From positions 1,459-65,458 of IMG/VR virus record IMGVR_UViG_3300048577_000531: a DNA stretch of 64,000 bases, one strand, 5' to 3'. This stretch comes from a virus. Numbering within the stretch: the stretch's first letter is position 1; the number at the start of each line of letters is the position of its first letter. The position numbers and the translations under genes are program-made. A model generated the notes under the pieces. The model ran no database searches. It was not told the DNA's origin and worked only from the letters and a program-made list of their open reading frames with translations. Of this stretch, positions 1 to 9,569 are shown in pieces.

Positions 1-5
1 GGCTT

Positions 6-725
6 TCATCCTGGTCTCGGATTGCGCACTGAGTAGCCCGCGAGCGAGCGGACATGCCGCCGTGTCAGGCCTCGCCCTGAGTTGGCGTCATAGGCGAGCA
101 CCCGCCCGGGCCCGACGACGTCCTCGATGACAAACACGTGGCCGCGGCGGACAGCGACCATGCCGGGCGCCGGCACCGCCGGCGGGAAGCGGAACCAGTT
201 GGCGGCGAGCCACAGTGCCCGCACGGGCGCCCCGAACACACGCACGGCCGCGCCGCAGCCGCAGAACAGTCGGCGCGGACAGCCGGGCGGATGAGGCAGG
301 ATTTCCGCCGCTACGCGCTCGCCCCGCGGCGCCTGAGAGGCCCGCGCCAGGCGCACGGCCTCATGAGCCTGGCCGCCGGCACGCTCACCGGCGGGCTCGG
401 CAGCCCCGAGGACGAGCCTCCCGTCATTGTCCGTCTGCCCAGCCACCCCGCCAGCGCCAGCGTGAACAGCGGGCCCACCAGTGCCACCATGCCGGCGAGC
501 TTCGCGGCCCTGGCGAAAATGCCGGCGGTCGCGCTGGACCGCCCTCCCCTCGGGTTTCTTCGGGCATGCCTTGAAGCCGAAGCGCTCGGAGTCGACGACA
601 CCGAAAGTGCCGGACGCCATGACGGCGCCGCAGGGTTCGGCCGCGACCGGCGGAGCGGTGAGTGTCAAGGCGAACATCGCGAGCGCGAAGGAGATCGCGC
701 CCGCGCCGGGGTGGCGCAGGTTCAT
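6..725 (-). CDS. Secreted protein with C-terminal CHAP/NlpC-like domain
   Basis: Signal-peptide-like N-terminus, low-complexity linker, then GCPRRLFCGCG...LAANW...RRGHVFV...DANSG (Cys/His pattern of CHAP-like proteins); start uncertain. Confidence 0.55.
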   Translation of the reverse strand: MNLRHPGAGAISFALAMFALTLTAPPVAAEPCGAVMASGTFGVVDSERFGFKACPKKPEGRAVQRDRRHFRQGREARRHGGTGGPAVHAGAGGVAGQTDNDGRLVLGAAEPAGERAGGQAHEAVRLARASQAPRGERVAAEILPHPPGCPRRLFCGCGAAVRVFGAPVRALWLAANWFRFPPAVPAPGMVAVRRGHVFVIEDVVGPGRVLAYDANSGRGLTRRHVRSLAGYSVRNPRPG

Positions 726-792
726 AGACAGGAATCCTTGGCTAGATCAGTAGGAGATGATCGAACACACCCGAGGTTGGGGTGTGCGGGGG

Positions 793-2052
793 TCAGAGCC
801 CCAAATCCGAAGCGTACTTTTTGGCCCACGGCTTACGGAAGCGCAAAGTCGCACTGCCCGCTCCAACACACCGGCCCCCAAGCTGGATTTGAATGCTGGA
901 TAGAATTTTGCCAGCAGGCATCATGATCTTGTTCGACCGCATCGTCACGAGCTTCTGGCCAGACGAAAGGGCGGCCTTCCCTGAGGAGGTGCGGAAGAAA
1001 TAACCCTGCAAGAAGGTGGTGTCGGTAAAGTTGAAATTGAGCTGGGCGTAGAGGTCGGCCAAATTCGTGTGGCCGGCATCTACATCGATCTGACAGCCAA
1101 CACGGAAGATATCGCCCGACACTATTCCCGATGACGGGAGCGCCTGGACGAGGCGGACCCCGCCAAGCGTCCCAGCCGTGTTGTTGGCGGTAAGCGCCGC
1201 GACAATTTCCTTGCTCCCATCGCCGCGCGTATTGACTGAGAAGACGGACGAGCAGTTGGCGTTGTCACGACCGCTGGTAAAGGAAGCGGGGAGCGGCCCC
1301 GTGTTTCCGGTGCCGTTTGTGCCGCCAGTACCCGTTGCGAAGTCTGCGTTCGAAACCAGACTTCCGACAAGGTCTGGATCGGTCCCGGCCACAACAAGCG
1401 AGCCAAGAAGGGTCAGAAGTTCTGCGCCTGCCGCTTCGCAGCCTGGGTTGTCGAGATGGGTCCCATCATACGAGAACCCGGAGTTAAATGCGATTGGGTT
1501 GGTCGTTGCGAGGGCGAGCTGGGCCAGATCGAAGAGGATTGCCTCCGGATGGGCCGTACAATAGTCCCGGATCAAGTCGTTGAGGCCGCCCGTGCCATGA
1601 AAGGCGTTACACTGATCGCTCGTAAAGCCCGTGGACCCTGGGTCGGTGTGAAGCACCGGGACCACTCCCCGCGCGATTGCTGCGTCTGCCATGGTCGCAA
1701 GGTTGGCAAAGGTGGTTGCCGTGTCAATTGCAGCAGCCGGATCGTTGATGCCACCCAAGATGACCAAGAACGCTGGCCGCGACGCCAGCGCCTCACTCAG
1801 GCGGGTTAGCATCTGTGTCGTCGTGTCGCCGGAGACACCCCAGTTACCCGTGAAGAAGAACTGCTGCTTAGAAAGGGCCAGAAGCCAGTTTAAGTGGCAC
1901 TGCGAGGCGCTCTGGATGCGGGCGGCGTCGAAGTTGATAATCGAAAACCGGCTGTCACCGAGCGGAGCGATGGCGTTCTCCGCAATCGGCGGCGGCACCC
2001 CCACGCCCTTGGTGAGGGTGGCAATCCCCATCGGGGAATTGAGTGGAAACAT
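793..2052 (-). CDS. SGNH/GDSL esterase with C-terminal beta-rich domain (probable virion-associated deacetylase)
   Basis: Blocks GDS (PLGDSRF), GxND (LGGIND) and DxxH (DGTH); ATG at 2052 overlaps the upstream stop (TGATG). Confidence 0.8.
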   Translation of the reverse strand: MFPLNSPMGIATLTKGVGVPPPIAENAIAPLGDSRFSIINFDAARIQSASQCHLNWLLALSKQQFFFTGNWGVSGDTTTQMLTRLSEALASRPAFLVILGGINDPAAAIDTATTFANLATMADAAIARGVVPVLHTDPGSTGFTSDQCNAFHGTGGLNDLIRDYCTAHPEAILFDLAQLALATTNPIAFNSGFSYDGTHLDNPGCEAAGAELLTLLGSLVVAGTDPDLVGSLVSNADFATGTGGTNGTGNTGPLPASFTSGRDNANCSSVFSVNTRGDGSKEIVAALTANNTAGTLGGVRLVQALPSSGIVSGDIFRVGCQIDVDAGHTNLADLYAQLNFNFTDTTFLQGYFFRTSSGKAALSSGQKLVTMRSNKIMMPAGKILSSIQIQLGGRCVGAGSATLRFRKPWAKKYASDLGL

Positions 2053-2906
2053 CACACCCTCCCTTGATAGCCCTTGAAGCGCGGGGTGAAGGTAGTGGAG
2101 TTGGCCGACGGCGTCGCATCGCTCAAGGTCTGCAGTTGCCACCACAAGCGCTTGCCGCCCGTCTCAGGATTGCAGATCAGCACCGTGGGGCCATCCGGAA
2201 TCAGGACGCCTTTGGCGCCATCACTGAATGCCGTCATCGTGCCGGAGAACGATCCAACCCATCCGGCACGCTTTTGGGACCATGCGGCGTTGTCGCCCGC
2301 GCCGACGCCGGTACTAGCGGTCGGGTCGCTGTTGAACACATGCACGCGGACGGTCTTGCCGCCAAAGCCGGTATCCGTCGTGTCGAGCAAGACCTGCGTG
2401 ACATTGACCGGGTCGTCATTGGTGTCACTCACCGTCACCGGCAGCGCCGTCACTGATCCCGCTGTCGCGTTGTCCGACACGGAATCATTGGCGCTGTACG
2501 GCGTCGTGTTTGTCGGCCGGGTCAGTGTCGTCCCGGCGATGTTAAAATGCCGGGTATTGATTTTGCCGATTTCGGCGGGGACATCCGGCGCCGTGATGAA
2601 CGACAGCTTGTCGCCTGGATTGCAGGTGATGGCGCGCGGACCGCCGGGATCAACTCTCAGTCCATTCGACGTTGCCGTCGGGTCGGCTCCCCATGCGACA
2701 TAGACCGGCCCGCCGAGCGCCGTGACGACGGCATAGTATCGGCGAGAGTCCGGGCCCGTCGGGACGACGGGACGGCTTTCGGCCGCTGTCGCCACGCCAG
2801 TGACGGCGAGCCCACGCACCGGCGTTGCCGGCTGTCCATCGTTGAGGCCTTCGTTGAAATTCCCGTACAACGGAAACACGAATTCGACGTCGACTGTCGT
2901 CGCCAT
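2052..2906 (-). CDS. Hypothetical phage structural-like protein
   Basis: 284 aa, Thr/Gly/Ala-rich beta-type composition, TRPTNTTPYSANDSV motif; translationally coupled to the SGNH gene. Confidence 0.6.
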   Translation of the reverse strand: MATTVDVEFVFPLYGNFNEGLNDGQPATPVRGLAVTGVATAAESRPVVPTGPDSRRYYAVVTALGGPVYVAWGADPTATSNGLRVDPGGPRAITCNPGDKLSFITAPDVPAEIGKINTRHFNIAGTTLTRPTNTTPYSANDSVSDNATAGSVTALPVTVSDTNDDPVNVTQVLLDTTDTGFGGKTVRVHVFNSDPTASTGVGAGDNAAWSQKRAGWVGSFSGTMTAFSDGAKGVLIPDGPTVLICNPETGGKRLWWQLQTLSDATPSANSTTFTPRFKGYQGRV

Positions 2907-3017
2907 GGTGAGTGATCCTGATGAGGGTGGAGAAAGGTGATGAGGGTCACGCGCCCGCGCCGAGGTGGCGCAGGGTCATGAGGATGGGTTCCCGTGCTGG
3001 TGGAGGATGGCTGCCAG

Positions 3018-3422
3018 TCAGTGCGGCATGCTATCGAGCTTGTTTTCGAGCCGCGCGAAGCGGGTATCGATCTTCTTGTCCATGGTGTCGATCACGTGGC
3101 CGAAGCGATCGATGGCTTCGAGAACGGCTTCATTCCGGGCGTCGTTGCGAGCGACGGCGACATCGAGGGTGTGGAGCTTGGCGACGACGTTGTCGCGTAT
3201 CCAGAATTCGACCTGTTCCACCTTTTCATTGGACGCTCTGATCGTCTCGCCGACCTCGCGGCGGACCCTGTCATCCTCCCCCTTGAATTCCTCGCGAAGT
3301 TCGTCCTTCACCGCCTCGAACCTCCCTCGCAACATCCAGATGGTGCCCCCGACGGAGAACCCGATGGTGATGAGAATGCCGATCGCCGTCAGGGCCGGCC
3401 CCGCCCAGGTCGCCCCACCCAT
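3018..3422 (-). CDS. Membrane-anchored coiled-coil protein (lysis-region, holin-like)
   Basis: Single N-terminal TM helix followed by a charged helical region. Confidence 0.5.
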   Translation of the reverse strand: MGGATWAGPALTAIGILITIGFSVGGTIWMLRGRFEAVKDELREEFKGEDDRVRREVGETIRASNEKVEQVEFWIRDNVVAKLHTLDVAVARNDARNEAVLEAIDRFGHVIDTMDKKIDTRFARLENKLDSMPH

Positions 3423-3552
3423 TTACTCCACCTCAACCAGTTCGGTGATCTGATCGCTCGCCATCGTGAAGTCCCCTTATGGCTTCGTGGTGGAAGTGGT
3501 CGGCCGATCGGTTGCGCCCGATCGGCCGGCCCGCTGTTGTTGTTGGAAGGCG

Positions 3553-3861
3553 CTACGATCCCGGCTTGTCGTCCGACGGCGCCCCGAAGAAGAACACGAA
3601 CGGCCGCCACAGCGCCTGCGCCTTGTTCGCCGGCCATTTTGCCGCCAGCAGACTCCAGAAGCCGAAGGCGCCTGGCCCGTCCATGTCATCGGGCAGCCGA
3701 CCGGCGGAACGTGGCCGGAGCTGATAGCTCATGACCTCGCCGTCATTGTCGATCCAGTCGCGCCGCCAGATGAATTCCGCCCGCATCAGGCCGAAGAACC
3801 AAGGCACGATGCGGCGATCGTTCGTGCGATACCATTTCGACCAGTGGGCCATTGGCATCAC
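3553..3861 (-). CDS. Hypothetical protein
   Basis: Trp/Phe-rich 102 aa ORF; start overlaps the upstream stop. Confidence 0.45.
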   Translation of the reverse strand: MMPMAHWSKWYRTNDRRIVPWFFGLMRAEFIWRRDWIDNDGEVMSYQLRPRSAGRLPDDMDGPGAFGFWSLLAAKWPANKAQALWRPFVFFFGAPSDDKPGS

Positions 3862-4127
3862 CTAGGCTTGATGTTGAGCGGTTGGCCTGCCGGCGCCGCC
3901 GCGCCCTTGCAGGCCTTGACGACGTCCCGTTGCTTGATGGCGACCACGCCCATTTCCCGCAGGGGATGACCGGCCGGGAGCTTGCGCAGTTCCGCCGCCG
4001 CCGCCTGTTGCTTGGCCGCCGGCCATGCCACCACGGGCGGGCAGACGACCGCCGTCGGCTGCGGCGGCAGCTCGCACGTGATCGAGGCTATGATGAAGGC
4101 GAAGCCCGTGCAGGTGATCGAAGCCAC
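3858..4127 (-). CDS. Putative o-spanin (Rz1-like)
   Basis: Small Cys/Pro-containing protein (CPPVVAW...C) directly after the i-spanin candidate; lipobox not canonical. Confidence 0.45.
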   Translation of the reverse strand: MASITCTGFAFIIASITCELPPQPTAVVCPPVVAWPAAKQQAAAAELRKLPAGHPLREMGVVAIKQRDVVKACKGAAAPAGQPLNIKPR

Positions 4128-4128
4128 G

Positions 4129-4377
4129 TCACCCCTCCCCGCGGTCGAGGCGTGCGATCACGTCATCCTCGCCGAGGGGTTTGGCGGCCTCCTCGGCGAT
4201 CTGCTCGGCGGCCCGCCGGCCGGCGATAGCCTGGTCGCGCTCCGCCGTCACCTGTCCGAGCTCACGCTGCGCCTGCGACGCCTGCCAGGAATTCCAGGCA
4301 TCGAGAAGAAGCTTGCCGAGGAAGCCGAGCAGCAGCCCGGCCCCCTCTTTGCCCAGCCATGCCAGGACCGCGCTCAT
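4129..4377 (-). CDS. Putative i-spanin (Rz-like)
   Basis: N-terminal TM, Ala/Gln/Arg coiled coil, ends DDVIARLDRGEG; lysis cassette position. Confidence 0.55.
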   Translation of the reverse strand: MSAVLAWLGKEGAGLLLGFLGKLLLDAWNSWQASQAQRELGQVTAERDQAIAGRRAAEQIAEEAAKPLGEDDVIARLDRGEG

Positions 4378-4378
4378 G

Positions 4379-4885
4379 TCAGGTGGCCGGCTGCGACGGC
4401 GTCGTCGGATTGGCGACGTCCAGGGCGACGGCCTGCGCTTGCGCGACGCTCGGCACCTTGGGGATGTAGTCGACGATCATCTCGGCGACGCGCGCCGGCG
4501 TCAGGCCGAAGTACTTGTAGATTTGCGGGATCGCGAGCAGCGCCGCATTGGCCGCTGCCGCGAGGCCTTCGCTCGCGACGTCGATCTTGACGCCCTGCAG
4601 CTTGACGTCGCCCTGCGCGACCAGCGAGGCCGCTTGCCGCTGGAGGAACGTGGTCAAGCCGTCGCGGTAGCTGTCCTCGATGCTGATCCCGAGCTTGGAC
4701 TGGATTGTGTACCAGAGCCAGCCGACGGCAATCGAGATCACCCCGCCGATCACGGCGTTGATGGTCTCGCCGAAGGCGGACGAGATCGCGCCGCCGATAT
4801 CGATCGAGAAAGCGAAGGCGGGATTGACGAGAAGCAGGCACGCAAAGCCGAGCGCCATCGCGCCGGCGAGAAACCGGAACTTCAT
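4379..4885 (-). CDS. Putative holin
   Basis: Two hydrophobic segments; lies between endolysin and spanin candidates. Confidence 0.5.
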   Translation of the reverse strand: MKFRFLAGAMALGFACLLLVNPAFAFSIDIGGAISSAFGETINAVIGGVISIAVGWLWYTIQSKLGISIEDSYRDGLTTFLQRQAASLVAQGDVKLQGVKIDVASEGLAAAANAALLAIPQIYKYFGLTPARVAEMIVDYIPKVPSVAQAQAVALDVANPTTPSQPAT

Positions 4886-4942
4886 GGTTCACCTATCGGT
4901 TATTGAGAGGGAGTTTGCCCGGTCACCCGCCGGGCGCGGGCA

Positions 4943-5122
4943 TTACCAGCCGTTGACCCATCCCACCCACAGCAGGATGGTGATGGCACATGCGGCCGCG
5001 AGCAGTCCGATGCCCTGCGTCGGGGCACTCGGGGCACTCGACATCATGTTGGCGAAAAAGACTGCGGCGGCAAGCAGCAACGTCCCGATGGTGGAGAGCA
5101 TCGCGAGGATGAGCAGCAGCAT
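4943..5122 (-). CDS. Small two-TM membrane protein (holin/antiholin candidate)
   Basis: 59 aa, almost entirely hydrophobic, immediately after the endolysin. Confidence 0.45.
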   Translation of the reverse strand: MLLLILAMLSTIGTLLLAAAVFFANMMSSAPSAPTQGIGLLAAACAITILLWVGWVNGW

Positions 5123-5124
5123 GA

Positions 5125-5892
5125 TCACGCCTCCCGTACCGTGTTGCCCTTGGCATCGACCAGCGGCAGCCGATCGAATCCGATCTGGTCCTCCCGCGGC
5201 AGCGGATAGTCCCGCGGCCACCAGAAGCCCTTGTTGAAGGCCGAGACCGCATAGGGAGCGACATTGACCATGTCGTTCTGGTTGCCGCCGCAGCAGGCGA
5301 GCCGGCCATCCTTGGTGCGGCCGGCGACGAACGTCACGTGGCCGCCGCCATTGCGGGTCTTGACCGCGACGGCGCCGAGCGCCGGCGCCGCGAGCCGCAC
5401 GCCCCAGCCCTCGGCGTAGGACAGCGCCCACAGCGGCGACTTCGACGGCTTCAAGCCTGCCTTGGCGATGCAGTACGACACCCAGCCCGCACACCAGGGC
5501 GTCGCGTCGACCTGGTAGTCGTCGGCGACGGTCTGGATCATGTCGACCAGCTCGGCATTATTGGCCGATCCGGCTGCCTCCCTGAGACCCACATGGGAAA
5601 GCGAGACCGACAGCCACAGCGCCGGCTGATCGGCGACTTCGGCAGCCGGTCCGGTGGCGACCGTCAGGGCGGCCTCGAGCTCCCGCGCGGTCGAAAAGCC
5701 GACGACGCCGTCGGCGACAAGCCGATGCCGGCGCTGAAAATCCTCGACGGCTGTATCCGTCGATGGGCCGAAATAGCCGGTCCCCGACAATGGATAGCCG
5801 AGGCTGCGAAGCGCAAGCTGCAGCGCGCGCACGGTTTCGCCGGACGCGCCCTGTCGCAAAGACGCGCCCGCCAGGAGGGCGGAGAGGATCAT
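5125..5892 (-). CDS. Endolysin: peptidoglycan-binding domain plus TIGR02594/NlpC-P60-like peptidase
   Basis: LQLALRSLGY...FQRRHRLVADGVVG (PG-binding); PWCAGWV, GGGHVTFV, GGNQ motifs. Confidence 0.88.
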   Translation of the reverse strand: MILSALLAGASLRQGASGETVRALQLALRSLGYPLSGTGYFGPSTDTAVEDFQRRHRLVADGVVGFSTARELEAALTVATGPAAEVADQPALWLSVSLSHVGLREAAGSANNAELVDMIQTVADDYQVDATPWCAGWVSYCIAKAGLKPSKSPLWALSYAEGWGVRLAAPALGAVAVKTRNGGGHVTFVAGRTKDGRLACCGGNQNDMVNVAPYAVSAFNKGFWWPRDYPLPREDQIGFDRLPLVDAKGNTVREA

Positions 5893-5967
5893 GGGATCAC
5901 CTATGTGCTCTTGGCCAGCCGAAATTCCGACGCTAAACTGACATCAGGCGGGCTGGGGGGTTCGGGA

Positions 5968-8025
5968 ATGGCGTACTTGAGGATGAGTGCCGATCCGATC
6001 GCGATCGACGTTCCTAGAACTGACCAGAAATCCAGCGCAAACTATCGAGCCGACATTGACGGCCTACGCGCCATCGCAGTTCTAGCCGTTATACTATTCC
6101 ATTATCTCCCGAGCGCGCTTACCGGCGGTTTTGTCGGGGTGGATGTCTTCTTCGTTATTTCCGGGTATTTGATAACGGCCATTCTGGCTGCTGATCTGGA
6201 AACCGGACGCTTTTCGCTGCTTGGCTTTTACGATCGTCGCGTGCGGCGCATTTTTCCAGCACTGCTCACCGCTTTGCCAGTTTGGCTAGCTGCCGGATAT
6301 CTCATCTTGCCTCCTGGTGATTATGTGGAATTAGGCCGGAGCGCTGCCGCCGCCGCTGTCTCGCTAGCCAACGTCTACTTCCTCCATCATACCGGATATT
6401 TCGATCAAAGCGCCGATCTCCTGCCGCTGCTGCACACATGGTCGCTGGCGGTAGAGGAGCAGTTCTATCTGACCTGGCCGCTGCTGCTCGCCGGAATCGT
6501 CCGCCTATCGCGCAATTCGAGGCGGATCGCCATGGTTTTTGTTCTCTCCGTTGTGCTCTTCAGCTTCGCGTTCGCCGTGCGCGGCGTGGCCGTCGATCCC
6601 AAGGCCGCGTTCTTCCTGCCACACACGCGCGCATGGGAACTGGCGCTGGGTGGCCTGCTCGTCTATTTGCCTCCGCTGCCAGCGAAACGCGCGGCGACGG
6701 AAGCGGCCCGGACCGCTGGATTGGCGCTGACCATTCTTGGCGCTGTCATTCTGACCGAGGCAAGCCGGCTCCCTGGTCTCAGCGCGCTCCTGCCATGCGC
6801 CGGAACAGCTCTCCTGTTATGGCCATCCAAATCAACATCCACGATCAGCAACGCCTTAGGGACACTTCCGCTGCGCGCGATCGGGGCGATCTCCTACTCC
6901 CTATATCTCTGGCATTGGCCCGTTCTGGTATTCTTCCGATTCTATGCCAATGGCGATCGACCGTCCCTCCCGGAAGCAATGGCGCTTTTCCTCGTCTCGA
7001 TCGTGATCGCCGCTGTGTGCTACGCCCTGATCGAGCAGCCCTTCCGGCAGCGGATAGTGCAGCCACGTTTTACCGTGCTGACCGGCGCAACGATGGCTGT
7101 CGCCATCAGCGCGTGCGGCCTGCTCGTCTCCAACAACGACGGTTTTCCAGCGCGGATCTCGCCACAGGCGGAGGCTCTCAGCGGTTTAGAACGCATGTGG
7201 TATTGGGAATGTCAGCGCGTTCCCAAGCTCGAAGGACTCGCCGAGGGCTACTGCAATTTTGGCCTCACATGGGCCTCCGCACACACGAAGGCGTTTCTTT
7301 GGGGTGACAGCCATGCCGAACACATGGCACCGCTCATCGAGGCCGCCACCGCGGACCTGCCGATTGCTTTCCTGCTCTATACGAAATGTCCAGCATCGCT
7401 CGGCGGCCACGTCAGACGAGTATGGGACGAGCAGCCTCGATATGTTTCCGAATGCGCCGACCGGCGGCGGCGTGCCATCGCGCTACTGCGCAGCGATCCT
7501 GAGATCAAGCTTGTCATCTTCTCCGCATCTTGGGGCACACTATCCAGGCAGGTCTCACAGGACGGCGAACTGGCTGGTGACCCCAGCGGCCCGGAGCTTG
7601 TGAGGAGTGGACTTGATGAACTCATCGATCAAACCGCGATGCCAGGCCGACGATTCATTATCATCGCGGACGTTCCCCGCCTGCCTCGCGATCCGATCCC
7701 ATGTGCCTTGGCGGCGGAGGCGGGCCTGGTCCGGCGCCAATGTTCAGAGCAGGGCGTTTCCACAGCTGATTTTTGGGCGTTCCATGGCGACGTATATCGC
7801 GAACTCGACAGCATCGCGGCCCGTAAGGACGTATCGATTGTGTTTCCCGGAAAGTCGCTCTGTTCCGGCGCGCGGTGTCAACTCTATCTCGACGGGGAAT
7901 TCTTGTACCGCGATAACGGCCACATACGACGCAATTTGGCGGAACGGACCAAACGCGATCTCTCCGATCTGATCGGGCTGACCACCATATTAAGAGGCGC
8001 CAGCGAATTCCCAGCGACCCGTTAG
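5968..8025 (+). CDS. OafA-like O-acyltransferase (acyltransferase-3 membrane domain plus periplasmic SGNH domain); moron
   Basis: YRADIDGLRAIAV, GFVGVDVFFVISGYLI, HTWSLAVEEQFY, SYSLYLWHWP, then WGDSHA and DNGH; opposite strand to its neighbours. Confidence 0.93.
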   Translation: MAYLRMSADPIAIDVPRTDQKSSANYRADIDGLRAIAVLAVILFHYLPSALTGGFVGVDVFFVISGYLITAILAADLETGRFSLLGFYDRRVRRIFPALLTALPVWLAAGYLILPPGDYVELGRSAAAAAVSLANVYFLHHTGYFDQSADLLPLLHTWSLAVEEQFYLTWPLLLAGIVRLSRNSRRIAMVFVLSVVLFSFAFAVRGVAVDPKAAFFLPHTRAWELALGGLLVYLPPLPAKRAATEAARTAGLALTILGAVILTEASRLPGLSALLPCAGTALLLWPSKSTSTISNALGTLPLRAIGAISYSLYLWHWPVLVFFRFYANGDRPSLPEAMALFLVSIVIAAVCYALIEQPFRQRIVQPRFTVLTGATMAVAISACGLLVSNNDGFPARISPQAEALSGLERMWYWECQRVPKLEGLAEGYCNFGLTWASAHTKAFLWGDSHAEHMAPLIEAATADLPIAFLLYTKCPASLGGHVRRVWDEQPRYVSECADRRRRAIALLRSDPEIKLVIFSASWGTLSRQVSQDGELAGDPSGPELVRSGLDELIDQTAMPGRRFIIIADVPRLPRDPIPCALAAEAGLVRRQCSEQGVSTADFWAFHGDVYRELDSIAARKDVSIVFPGKSLCSGARCQLYLDGEFLYRDNGHIRRNLAERTKRDLSDLIGLTTILRGASEFPATR

Positions 8026-8026
8026 C

Positions 8027-9070
8027 TCACCAATCGGCTGGCAGTTTCTGGTAGAGCAATGTGCCATACCCGCCAAGCGTTGGCTCCGAAGCGCTTCCGG
8101 ATACACTTCCGCCACACGCCTTGATGCCACCGAACACAGACCTCGCGAACGGCACCATAATCGCGCCAGTAAACCGCAATTGATGAGTATCGCTGATCTC
8201 GTCAAGCGTATTAACCGCTGCGTCTGGGCGCGCCATACCCAACCACGAAATATCATGAGACGAAACCCCGCGGACAAATCCGTTCGTAAAATCTTCCGGA
8301 AAGTTTGTGCTGACCAAAGTCTCCGCCGCCGAGCCGCTAGGGATCGATATGCCGATTGATGAGAGGGCGAGAGTGGATAGCCTAGCGATGCGTGCGAAAT
8401 ACGCTTCGCGCGGATCTCCGACCGGATCATCGACCAAGCTCGGATCGCAATAATACATGTAGCAGTAGGGGTGCGATGGTGATGAAGTGATAGTTGTCCC
8501 GGCTGTAAGTTCTAGCGCGTTTGCTATGTCCAGCTTGCGATGAAAGTATGGCCCATTACTATTGATCCATGTAAACCACATGTTGAGCGCATACCACGTC
8601 TTTCCCTCGGGGACGACCCATGTCGGATCGGAACCGCCGACGAACGTGTATGCTTCCGGACTGAGAAGCTTGTACATTCGCCGCCAATAAGCCAATTCAC
8701 TTGCCCCAAAGACGCGATAATTCACTTCGCGCCAAATGCCATCTCCGATCGAAACAAATTGCATCACTTCATTGGGGGCCATCTGTCGGTCAAGACCGTT
8801 CGACAGCATCAACTTGCTGGAATTGTAGAGCGTCGGTGAGTCGGGGAAGATGAGCGTTATCGGCGGCCCGGCAGGATTTGGCGCAATTGCGCGGACGTCC
8901 TCCGAACCGTCGACCATAAATGTGTCCCCGAACATCGTATTGATCGGCAGTTCGCTTTGCGCTTCGACGCGCCCCGCGAAGACGTGCGGCGTCTGCGGCG
9001 GCAGGAACGGAGGAAGAGACGAAGAGGCGCGCTGGCGTTCCATGGTGCTGTCCAGATCGGTACGCAGCAT
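8027..9070 (-). CDS. Tail-fibre-related protein
   Basis: Segment TLYNSSKLMLSNG...EVMQFVSIGDGIWR resembles the TLTHNATSLILP...FVSLGSGNWR motif of alphaproteobacterial fibres; lower GC. Confidence 0.5.
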   Translation of the reverse strand: MLRTDLDSTMERQRASSSLPPFLPPQTPHVFAGRVEAQSELPINTMFGDTFMVDGSEDVRAIAPNPAGPPITLIFPDSPTLYNSSKLMLSNGLDRQMAPNEVMQFVSIGDGIWREVNYRVFGASELAYWRRMYKLLSPEAYTFVGGSDPTWVVPEGKTWYALNMWFTWINSNGPYFHRKLDIANALELTAGTTITSSPSHPYCYMYYCDPSLVDDPVGDPREAYFARIARLSTLALSSIGISIPSGSAAETLVSTNFPEDFTNGFVRGVSSHDISWLGMARPDAAVNTLDEISDTHQLRFTGAIMVPFARSVFGGIKACGGSVSGSASEPTLGGYGTLLYQKLPADW

Positions 9071-9176
9071 CAGTCACCCGGAAAGTACGGGCGGCCTATT
9101 GCTGCTGGTTATGTGGAAAGGAGTTGCCGCTTCAGCCGGCGCGGCGCCGTCCGCTCAACAGATCGACGTCATGCGA

Positions 9177-9557
9177 TCAAGCATCCCCGCCGTGAGCGAT
9201 GACGTTGAACGTCTCGGCGTTGTGGGTGGACGCCTTGAGTGACCAGCCATTGGCGAGCCACAACCCGCCGAAGAAGTCGCGTTCTGCCGAAAAGACTTCG
9301 ACGGTCGAACTGGGCGTCACGGCGGAAACTGGGACTTCTTTGACCAGTCTCGTGTTCGTCCCGTCGTACACGAACAATCGCACCATTCCGGCCGTCGTGG
9401 TGCCGGCGGCGACGACGCGCACCTTGTCGATGCGGCTGCCGGACGTCCCGCCAGCGGCGACCGTGACGGTGCTGCCGCTGCCATCCCGGGCAGTGTTCGC
9501 CGCCGTGAGCTGCGCCTGCCAAGTTTTCGGAGTCGTGAATGTCGCTTGCGTAGCCAT
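9177..9557 (-). CDS. Small tail-fibre-associated structural protein
   Basis: 126 aa beta-rich protein in the fibre cluster. Confidence 0.55.
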   Translation of the reverse strand: MATQATFTTPKTWQAQLTAANTARDGSGSTVTVAAGGTSGSRIDKVRVVAAGTTTAGMVRLFVYDGTNTRLVKEVPVSAVTPSSTVEVFSAERDFFGGLWLANGWSLKASTHNAETFNVIAHGGDA

Positions 9558-9569
9558 GACTGTGCGCCC

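Noticed and set aside
5338-5967. N-terminal extension of the acyltransferase ORF overlapping the endolysin
   Set aside because: It is antisense to the endolysin; family similarity begins only near 5968-6040.
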